37,039 nucleotides of DNA from Dirinaria sp. TL-2023a (lineage: Eukaryota): the NCBI GenBank assembly GCA_051941275.1, contig JAVEBF010000058.1:1-37039 (forward strand), given 5' to 3'. The position numbers and the translations under genes were made by a program. The notes under the pieces were generated by a model. The model saw nothing but the letters and a program-made list of their open reading frames with translations. It was not told the DNA's origin and ran no database searches. Numbering within the stretch: position 1 is the stretch's first letter; each line of letters starts with the position of its first letter. Shown here piece after piece: positions 1 to 11,000 of the stretch.

Positions 1-2089
1 TCCTTCTTCTTCCCACCACCTTTACCCTCCTCCTCATTCCCGCTCTCCAGTCTACTAGCCTGCCCCACCCCCGCTAAAGTCTCGCTCGAGGAAAGCTGCG
101 CCGCGCGATCGGCCGCCAGCAGCGCCACCTGCTGCCCCACCGTCGGGCGGGCGATCAGATCCTCCAGACGCACGATATAGCCTTCGCCCTCGAGGATCGA
201 GGTCAGGGAGGCGAGGCTGACGAGGTCGCCGCCGGCGGCGTAGAAATTGGATTCGAAGGTCAGTGCCGTGAGGGGTTTGGACTGGTCTCGGCCGGGGCTG
301 TTGTTCGAGATGAGGGGGAGGACCATGCGCCAGCAGCGCGTGAGCGTGTCGGCGAGGTAGTAGAGGTCTGATTTCTCGAGCGTGCGCAGCGTGGAGAGGG
401 CTTGTGATTGCATCCGAGGATCTGGTGGTGGTTGTGATTGTTGATGTTGCTGTCCGGTGCGTGTTGTTGGTTGGATCTCGGATTGTGCGCGACGGGGCAT
501 GGTGATGTTTTCGAGCGGTGATGCTGCTAGCATGGACGTCAGACTACTTTTGGGTTTTTCGGCGAGCTGCTGCGCCAGGCTGCAGGTTAAGTCCAGAGCC
601 GCTTGCGCGACCGTTGGCGGGATATTGCCATCGTCGATAAACCCGAGTGCGACCTCCACCGTATCCTCGCCCTTCGGGGTCGACACGATAGAGACGTCGG
701 CAAGCGTGTCTTGCGGGGCCAGGAACCCGACTTTGTACTTGACTTTGTCGAGATCGAGCGAGACGTCCTCCGCCAGGTTTTGATGCTGCACTATACTCGA
801 GAAGTAGGTCCATTCGGGCCAGTCGGTGCAGTGTTGGATGATTTCCCTGAAGCCCAGTGATTCGAATGACATGCCCGCGACCTGTTGGTTCTGAATGCGC
901 CGGAGCAGGTCCAACGCGGTCCATTTCGGCTCGATTTGCACCCGCACCGGCACGATATTCAGGCACGCTCCGACTATGCTTTCAACATCGTCCACGGCCG
1001 CGTTCCGGCCGCTGATCAGATTTCCGAAAACGATGTCTGATCGTCCGGACATCTGAGCGAGGACAAGTGCCCATGCGGCTTTCAGCATGGTGGCTGTCGT
1101 GACGTTCTTAGAGGCGAGCGCTGGTAAGTCGATGGTCTTCTTCAGCACGGTTTCCGATCGTCCGGTTCCGCTGTATTTGGGCTGTTCGCGAGGGACGAGG
1201 TGCGTCATTGATGATCCCTTAAGAAGCCCATTCCAGTATTCATAGTTGCCTTGGCTTGCGTTTCCATTGGTGGCCTCCTTGACGTAATTCGAGAATGGTG
1301 GTGATGGCTCTGGCATGGTCTCTTTGCCTTCATATGCCATTTTGAAGACTTCAATGATCTTGGGCAGGCATACGCCATCGTACTGTGCATGCGACAGCCG
1401 TATGACTATACGATGAGCGGAGCTGTTCAGCTTTTTGATAACCATGAACTGGATGTAGGGCTCGCCTAGTCGGGGATATGCGCCCGGGCTCTCCTGGCGT
1501 AGCTGGCGAGTGTATTCATCAAGATCTGTTTCGGTCTCGTAGACGAGGACAGGGGGTCGGATTCTTTTGAGGACTACTTGGAGAAAGCTGTTACCACAAG
1601 ATATAAAGACGGTGCGTAGAATATCGAAATGCTGGACCAGTGCCGAAGCGGCCTTCCTAATGCGATTGATGTCCAAAAAGCCCGTACCGTCGAAGAAGAA
1701 GTAGTTCAGCATCCAGCGTTGTTCTAACAATGAACCTGCTATCGCCAGGGCCTGAAAGTCTGTAACCGGGAACGCATCCACAATGCCGATCCGGAACACT
1801 CCCACTTTAGGACATAGGTAATCCTGGATGAACGCGTCGGTATTGGCGGCTCTCAGCAGTGAGAAGCGAGCGGGCTGCTTTTCTTTGGTGTTTGCTAAAG
1901 CTGCTTCGCGCTTAGTGACCATCGCAGCCTCGTTGAGCTTCCGCTCCTGTTCCTTATTCTCAGTGGAGACTGCGACTATTTCCGCCATGTCTGAGAGTGC
2001 CGGGGACCGGAAAACATCCGCAACTGTCAAGCTTAATCCAGCTTCACGCGCGGCTCGAGCCAATGCCATGGCCAAGATCGAATCCCCAC
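1..2089 (-). CDS. NRPS exon 10 (runs off the window): T6, terminal CT condensation domain, Ser-less T7
   Basis: Acceptor CTAAT..CTCAG|GT GGG GAT TCG (GGDSILAM); RLSHAQYDGVC (SHAQYDG at 1394-1374); SNFYAAGGDLVS near 250-216. The segments I translated are all in one frame, still open at base 1 (..EEEGKGGGKKK), which would explain its absence from the ORF track. Confidence 0.92.
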
Positions 2090-5000
2090 CTGAGAGTCGA
2101 AAGCATTAGCAGATTTTTACCAAAGGAGCGTATGAGAAATTTGAATTTAGCATAAGAATATGATTTGAGACACAGGGCTCACTCTTCGCGTGCTTATCAA
2201 TTTAGAAAACGAAATGGAAAGAAGAATTCACTCACCAAGTTCAAAGAAAGTATCGTCATCTCTTATCTTCTTCTCGGGCATGTGAACTAGGGGGCTCCAA
2301 AGCGCGCGAAGCTTCGGAAGGATTGATTCAGATCCTCGACTTCGGTTCATAGCACCATAATGAGTTTTTGGCTCGTCGTCGAATGAAGCTGATTTGAGCG
2401 GCCGCTCATAGTCGGGTGAAGTATCAGGACCGCCTAGTTTTTGCTCTACTAATTCCGTCGCCCTTTGCAGCTTGTCCATGTACACCGACAAGTCATCGGA
2501 CTTGAACATCTGTTGGAGGACTTCATGCACGCATTGCTTGACAAGGCCGCGGTAATCTTGTGAATGGAAGTCTTCTGGATTCACAAGGCTTCCGGAGTTT
2601 GAGGACGAATCATCGCCGGCTTGGGTATCCTCCGACATAGAATCGTCGAAGTGGTGGTGCTCGTTGCTGGTGATCTCTGACCCATCAAAGCTGGCTTGGC
2701 CATCGACCTCCCTCTCGGCTGCCAGGACGAATTTAGACATGGGTTGATCGGCGTTATCTAGGATGCTACCCAGTACGTTGGCGTAAGTACGGGACAATTT
2801 CTCCGCTTCTGGGATCGATATATGCGATGTCCAGTGTTCGATGCGGGCACCTTCGTCGCCAAGTGCACTTCTCACGTTGACAGTGATAGCGTACTAAATT
2901 ACGCCAGTTAGCATGCAGCTCGTATTCTCATCAAGCTGACCGTTTATGTAACGTACCTCAGTCGGATCCGAGCCAGCAATGGGCTCAATTTCGATGGTAT
3001 CGCCCTCCCTCTCAGCATCTTTTGAGGATATTTGATTCTGTATCGACACGGCTGTGTTGAACAAGGGCTCCCTAGAAAAGCCAAGATCGTGCTGAAGTTT
3101 GGCGAGCGAGCAGTGCTGATGTGGCAAGCTCTCCAGATAGTCACTTTGGACGTTGCGAACGATATCCTTGATACTTCTTGAATGCTCAAATGTCACGCGG
3201 CAGACCAACATATTGATGAAAGCGCCCACCGTGTCTTGAATGCCGTCCACAGGGGCATCCCTGCCTGCTGTGAGATTGCCGAAGCAAACATCGTTCATAG
3301 AGGTGTAGTGCCTGAGGACCAAGCCCCAACCGGCAAGCATAACGTTAGAGAGCGTGAGCTCGTTCGCCCTGCAGAACGCCTGTAGCTCTGCAAATCGGTC
3401 GAATTGAAAATCGACGATGTTCAACCGAGTCGCTTCCTTTGGTTCCGGTCGTATGGGAGGCAGGTGACAACGACGTATCCCATCCAGATAATTCTTCCAG
3501 TAGGCTGCGTCTATTCTCTCATCGCGGCTGCTGATGAATTTGACGTAGTCGGAATACAACGGTTTAGAGCCATCTGGTAGGCGGCCTTGGTACGCTAGCG
3601 CGAGGTCTCGTGTGATCAAAGCGCCTGATTCGCCATCGATGACTGCGTGGTTCAGTTCCAGCTTGATGTAACATCGCCCAGAGTTTGTCATGCAGATGGA
3701 GAGCTGTTGCGGCAGCATCGGGCGCCGAGTGCGGTTCACCTCTCGGAGAGAGATCTTGCCAAGCTCATTCTCCCATTCGGAGTCGTCGCAACGCACGATC
3801 ACGGCCCCGCCTTCTGCGTACTTCATCGCGATCTGGTCGAACGCGTGGCTTTTGCAGACGCTGTAGACGAACGCGGTGCGGAGGGACTGGTGACGGTCGA
3901 CGACCTTCTGCCACGCCCTGGCCATGCGCTGCACGTCGACTTTGGCCCCCTTGAACGCCAGCTGCACTTCCGAGATGACAAAGTTGACGTACTGCGTCGG
4001 GTTGCGGATCTGCGACAGCAGGAGCCCTTCCTGCGTGGGTGCGCAGATGTACATGTCTTCGACCTCGTCCAGGGTCGAGATGCCGATCTCGTGGAACGTC
4101 TCGTCGACGTGTTTCGCGAGCCCGCTGTAATCCGTCGGCAGGAGCGGGAAATCACTCAGGGTCGGCTCGCGCCGGTGATCTGCCAGCCGCACGACGAGAT
4201 CGGTCAGCGTGTCCCGGCATTTGCTGACCCATTGCTGGATCTGGGGCTGATGCTCCATGTGCCTGTTCCACATGAACGAGAACCGCGCTTGGCCGTTGGT
4301 GATGGCCACGGAGATCTCGAAGAGCGCCATCCTCACGGCTGCGGGCCCGACGTCGGCGGTGCGGGTCTCCTCTTCGCGGCTTTTGACGAGGTCGAAGGGT
4401 TGCAGCAGTGCGTCTTTGGGACCTCCAGAGCTCTTTGATTGTCCGGTATAGTTGAGCAGGATCTCGATCGGCATGTGATCACCGAAGCGCCACCGACCAT
4501 CTGGCGTCAGGAAGCGATGAGCGAAATATTCCCTCCCATTGGCCTGCAGAGATCGGCGAAGATCTTTTACCCGCTTCAGGATGTCGATAGAGTTTAGATC
4601 CACGTCCTCTTGCGCTATGGCGATCGGATAGATGCTCGTAAACCATCCGATGGTTTCAGTAGGGTCGATGGCCGTATCCCAGGTATCACGGCCGTGGCTT
4701 TCGTTGAAAATCGTCGGCATCGCTCGCCGCTGGAACACGCTTCTGAAGGAATGCAGCAGAGCACTTTGGAACAGTTCGATCGGCTGTGTTTGCAATGCCT
4801 TGTTTGACTTGCCAACAACCAGTTCCGTGTGAGACTTGTTAAGTTGAAAGCTCGCGTGCTCGACATCTGCGTAGAGATTACTGCGACCCAACATACCCCA
4901 TGATGCCAGATCCGGCTTTTGTACACGGAACGGCAGGATTTTCTTGATTGTCGATGGATCCCTCCGGCAAGCACTATCGTTTTGTAGTGCGGACCAGACT

Positions 5001-8000
5001 TGGAAAGATAACGGTTTTTCGATTCTTTCCGTTTGCAGCGTGAGCAGGTCCTCGAGTTGCTGAAGCATTATGTTCCATGAGACGACGTCAATGATTAGAT
5101 GATGCGCTATGAGCGATAAGATTTGACCGTGTTGTGGGGAGTGCAGAAGCTCGACTGCAAACAGCGGCCCGTTTTCTAAGTCGAGGCTGCTTTGGCTCTC
5201 CGAAAGCACGCGCAGGAGGTCACTGGGACTGTTGACTTGGTGCTCGCGGAATCGGTGAGATTCTGAAGCGGAAATGGTGATTCTTTGACGCCAATTACCG
5301 TCCATATCTCTCTGGAATCTTGCCCTGAGCATTGAGTGCTGCTGGACTATTGTCCTGACAGCATTTTGAATGGCCTTGGCCTCGGTCTTGCGGTTGAAGC
5401 GTAATAACTGACTCTGGTTGAAACGGCTCTCTTTCGTATAATCGCTCGAAGACCCTGCTAATTCGAAATACAGCCTTTGTACGGGAGACAGCTCAAAGAG
5501 TTTGTCAACTTTTTCCTCTGCAAAGAGTGTCTTGCTGTTCTTCGTCGAGTAACCTCTTGAGTCGAGCGTGGTCCCGAGCTGGAACAAGGATTTACTTTGT
5601 AGAACCTCTTGCAGGGAGAGATTGATACCAATCTTGCGGCACCGAGCAATGATGGACATGGAGATCAAAGAATCTCCGCCCTGCGACATGAAAGATCGAC
5701 CAGGGTCGATCTTGTCCACAGCAATGTTGAACACGGAAGCCCAGACTTCTCGAAGTCGCTGCACGGTCTCGGTAATTGGGGCCTGTCCAGAAGCACCTCG
5801 CTCATCGCCGACAATATGCTGATAACTAACCTCGTCAAGACCGTGGATCCACTTCTCGACCTGCTTCCTGTCGAGCTTTCCCGAGACGAGGATTGGGATT
5901 GCCGCCATGATCACCCAAACGGTCGGCATCATGTAGGCAGGTAACTGATCCGATAGCGACTCGCGGACCTTGTCCAATTGGGCTTGCGCCATTTCGAGAG
6001 GCTCCCCTTGAAGAAGCTCACAAGCATTTGACGCTGAGCTTTTAGACGCGAGAGACGGATCAGACATTGAAACGACTGCCACCAAGCGCTCCTTGCACAG
6101 GCCTTCCTTAGGCAGCAGAGCCACTCCATGACGAATTTGATCATGAAGCGCAAACTTGCTCTCGATTTCGCCGAGCTCCATGCGCTGCCCATGCAACTTG
6201 ACCTGGTTATCCCTGCGACCAATGAACGCGATGCTTCCGTCCTCGTTGTATCTCACCACGTCTCCTGTTTTGTAAATTCTCCCCGGGGTCCCTAGCTTCG
6301 CTTCGAAATTTTTGGCCCAAGTAGTGGTCGCGATGAACGCCGCGGCTGTTTTGGCTTCGTCGTGGAGGTACTCTCGGGCGAGGATTGGTCCTCCCAAGAG
6401 AAGCTCACCCACACAACCTAATGGGGCGAGACGGTTATGATTATTGAGATCGGCAATCCACGCGCGACCGTTGGTGTGAGCGAAACCGATATTAGAAGGA
6501 TCTGTAGATTGGGTAACCCTGGAATTTGCTACAGAGATCACAGCAGCCTCGGTTGGACCATATCCGTTGACGAGCTGTACCCGATCGGCCCATTTAAGCA
6601 CGTTGTCCTGCGACAAAGCTTCACCGCCGCAAACCTAGTAAATCGTGAGATCAGCATTCATCTTCTGACGTATCGCAAGAATCCAGCAAAACGTGGCGCA
6701 GGAGTGCAGCCCGCAGAGTGCGCGTCATTGCTTCTGGCAACCGCCCAGACAGCGAGAAATAAGAACAGAATTTTACTCACCAATGTCTTCAAAGATGGAA
6801 CTACGGTCGGGTCGATGAGGCTCGCAACGGAGGGGGTTAAAAAGGCCCATGTTGCACTGAGACCTGCGATAGCTGCGTCGACATCCATCTTCCCTTCGTT
6901 GTTTGGTAGACATACGCAAGCTCCCAATGTCAAAGGCGAGAGATTCTCCATCAGTCCTACATCGAATGTAACTGAGGCAAAGTTGAAGACTCGAGAATTG
7001 ATATCCATCAACATGGCAGCACAGAATGCTTCTGAGCTCGTACAGAACGCTTCGTGTTCCACTACTACCCCCTTCGGGCGTCCGGTAGAGCCCGAAGTAA
7101 AGATAACATACGCTGTGTTGGTACTGGATACCTGGACAACGGAGGCTTCGTAGTCAATAATTGCCTCTCCTTGAACCATTGTCTGCTCATCGACTGGGAT
7201 GACCGTCTCGACGACTTCTGCGTACCGGCTTTGATATTGCGGTGAACACAGTATTATCTTTGCGTTCGTATCCTTCAGGATTTCGGAGTGGCGAGTCATA
7301 GGATGTGACGGGTCAAGAGGCACGATAGCTCCACCAGCCATAAGAACAGCCAATTGTGCAACAATCGCCCACCGGGACTTGTCCATACAGAAAGGGATCA
7401 AGACTTCCGGAGCAACGCCAAGCCTGATTAGGCGTTTGGACAAAATATCAGCATTAGTCCTCAGTTCTGCATAGGTAAATGTCCCATCCCAGGCACATAC
7501 AGCCTGGGTTTGAGGTGTTGCTTCTGCTCGCTGCAGGAAAAGGTTGTGAATGCATCGCTTGACAGGGATTGGATGATAATCGTTCCACTGCGCTATCAAA
7601 TCGACGTCTTGCTCGCTAATGACTTGGATATCGTCCAGGGTGGCGCGGCTACCGGGTGGTGATGAAAACAACTGCCCAAGTATCGATTCAAGCTGGTATA
7701 GTAGCCTTTGAACCAGCCACTTGGAGAGCATAGTTTCATCATAATGAGCATCGACGTGAATGCTTGATCCACCCATGTTGCATTCTATGACAAGCGGATA
7801 CGTGAAGAAGTCGGAGCTCACACCCGAGCCTTGAGGATGCCACATCTTTGATTCGTCTTGGGCGCCGGCTGTTTGGATGATCAGGAGATTCTGAAAATCA
7901 CACGCTCTTGCCGCCTCCGTGCCGAGCCTGCGGATGTTCTGCAGGCCCGTATGCTGGTAAGGGATGACGTCCGTAGCCATCCGATGAATGCTCTGCAAAA

Positions 8001-11000
8001 ACTCCGCAATAGTGCATGACGCACTTGTCCGGATCCTGGAAGGGACCGTAGTCAGCGTGGGCCCTACCATGTCAATCACTCCGTGGATAGGGATATCGCG
8101 TCCGGTCATGGTCTCGCCAAACACCACATCGTCGCTCCCAGTATGCGCTGACAATAGTATGGCCCACGCCGCTCTGATCATTGTTGGTAATGTGATGCTG
8201 CTCATAGCTGGTCTTTGGGGGAGCTGGACAGTATACGATAAAAGTTTGCTGCGATTGTTCTGACCAGCATTCAGCGCCGAGATGGTTGGGAAATGAGAAC
8301 ACTGTAATCCCTCGAACTTCGATTGCCAGAATTCGTTGCAGGCTTTGCTGTCGGTATCCGAAAGGTATCTGATGAATTGCGCGTATGATGCTTTTGGCAC
8401 GGGAGGCGACTCATCAAAGTATATTTCCTCGACTCGTTGTAGCATCCGTGGCATACTCCATCCATCGTATAAAGAGTGGTGGATAGACCAAACGAAGAAT
8501 CGATCTTGCCCAAGGTTCTTTTCGTCAACAATCACCAGCCTCATCAGTGGTGCACCGTTGCGCTCTGGAAGCTGCTTCTGTGATTGAATGGCGGCTTCCA
8601 CATTCTGCGCATGGTGCCATTTGATGTGCTCTTGCTTGAGCACGGCTTGAAGAAGCACGTCTGTATCGCTGCGGATGATTCGCGTCCTCAATATGTCCAT
8701 TTGTCCAACTGCTGTTTCCCACGCTGCTTTGAATTGATCAATATCAAGCGCTTTAGGCAGGCGGAACACATTGTGAGCAACATAGGCTCCGGGTTGCTTG
8801 ATCGACAATGTAACAAGTCCCTCTTGCAGCGCGGTACATGGATAGGCGTCTGCTAATTCGTCCTTCTCAATCTGGCACTGTGCCACGATCTCCTCAATAA
8901 GTTGATCGACGGCGCCAATGCGGTTGAGCAGCGCGAATGGTTTGAGTGAGCTTTCTCCCTCGTCCTCGATGCAAGTGCACGCGTTTGCCATTTCGGAGAA
9001 GTTGGACCTGCGAAAGACATCCTGTACGCTCAGCAAAATCTGCTCCTCGCGTGCGGCGGCAACAAGTTTCATCGCTTGCACGGAATCCCCCCCAACTGCA
9101 AGGTAATTGTCATCGAGAGTGACTGATCCGGGGGCCAATTTCAAATTTGTTTCCCACAATTTTTGAAGGCTCTTTTCCATTGCTGTGGTTGGCGCTCGGT
9201 TCTGGCCGACATTGGCGAGCTTGAACGGGGCCATCATTTCTTTCGGTAACTGTGACACGATCTTGCATAACCTGGACCTATCAAGTTTTCCAGAAGTAGT
9301 CCACGGTATCCGCTCAAGTGGTATGTAGAGAGACGGAATCATGTAGGCAGGCAATGCTCCCGTAAGGTTGTTTTTTAGAGCTTTGCATAAGGACGCGGCT
9401 TGTTCAGACATAGGCAGAAGCAGTGGATCTAAGTCCACCTTGGTAGACTTCGCTTCTGGGAGCTCCTTTCGTGGAAGATTCTCCAACTGGCCAGCAGGTC
9501 TAGGATCAGTGAAGAAAACCGCCAGTGTCGGTCGTTGGTCTGCGGGTGCAACCATCTCGACAGCGGTCTGGATATTTTCAGGCAGCTTTTCCTTGACGCG
9601 GTGTTCTATTTCGCCCAGTTCAATCCTGAGCCCATTGAGTTTGATTTGAGTATCTTTTCGTGAAATGTACACTAAATTGCCGTCCGAATTATAGCGTACG
9701 AGATCGCCTGTTTTGTAAATCCTTCGTTCAGGGGCAGGATCACTGTCTTGACCGTTTTCAAGGCCCGTCATCCAAGCGGGAGGAGGAACGAATGCCTTCG
9801 CTGTTTTCTCCTTTTCGTTCAGGTAGCCCCGTGCCACGGTGTTTCCCTGTAACACAAGTTCGCCAATACTGCCAATGGGCATCAATTGGCTGTGGTCCTG
9901 TGGATGCACCACCCAACTTCGACATCCTACAGCGCGGCCAATCACTGCGGATTCGTCATTCATAACAAACCCATATTCATCCACTTTGATACTGGTGGTT
10001 GCTATGACGGCGCATTCGCTCGGCCCATATGCATTTACCAAGATAACCTTCCCACGCCATTTGGCAATATGTCTTGCTTGCATCGCTTCTCCTCCCGTTA
10101 CAAGGACTTTCAAGCTAGGAACGGTCTCTGGCTCCAAGATATCCGCCACCGAGGGAGTCAGCAGCGTCCAATTGACGGACATACGATTTATTGCCCCAGG
10201 AATGTCGTTCATACGTTCTTCCTCACTGGGTATACAGATACACCCACCGACGATCAGGGTTGTAAGAATTTCCATGATTGAGGCGTCAAAGCACAGATTC
10301 GAGAATTGCATTACACGTGAACCTTCACGCATGGCGATCGCGGATGCATGCTCAGTAGCGCTTGTTGCGAACGCGCGATGAGAGATGATTGTGCCTTTCG
10401 GTAAACCTGTTGTACCGCTTGTAAAGATCAAATAAGCTGTATTGTCTGGTGTCACCTTGACGCTGACATTGTCGAGAACAGGCTTCGGCTCTGTGTTTAG
10501 GCTCTTATCGACAATGAAGGTGGCCACCTCGGGGTATTCGGTGAACCTCTTCTCGTATTTCGAAGAACAGAGGATAAGGCGCGCATTGACACTGTTCAGT
10601 ATGTATTTTATCCGACTCTCTGGATGCGAGGGTTCGAGAGCAACGAATGCGCCGCCTGCAAAAAGAACACCAAGCATGCCTACGATTGCCCAAGTCGTCT
10701 TCTCAAAGCAGAGCGGTACATAAACCTCCGGTCCGACTCCCAGCGCTACAAGGTGTTTGGAAAGCCGTCTGGATAGGTCCAGAAGCGCTGGAAAGGTAAG
10801 GTCCAAGTCCCATGAGCATACGGCTGGCGAGGTTGGCAGCAAAGACTGGCCCCGCTGGTAAATCACGTCGTGAACACATTCGTCCAAAATCGGGAGCGGG
10901 TCTTCGTTCCACTCCAAGATCTTTCGTTTATGGCTTTCCCCACAGGCCTCGAGGGCTCCAATTCCCTGTTCTGAGCTGTCAAGATGCAGCATGGAATTCA

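Noticed and set aside
457..966. Short ORFs of 108, 140 and 85 aa
   Set aside because: Alternative frames over NRPS exon 10, whose true frame runs off the window.
3647..4438. 263-aa plus-strand ORF and other overlapping ORFs
   Set aside because: Antisense shadow of the high-GC3 NRPS coding segment; no independent protein features.
6437..7153. 238-aa plus-strand ORF (and similar ones such as 9839..10381)
   Set aside because: Antisense to A-domain coding sequence; reads as the mirror of conserved motifs (e.g. TTPFGRPVEPEVKIT).
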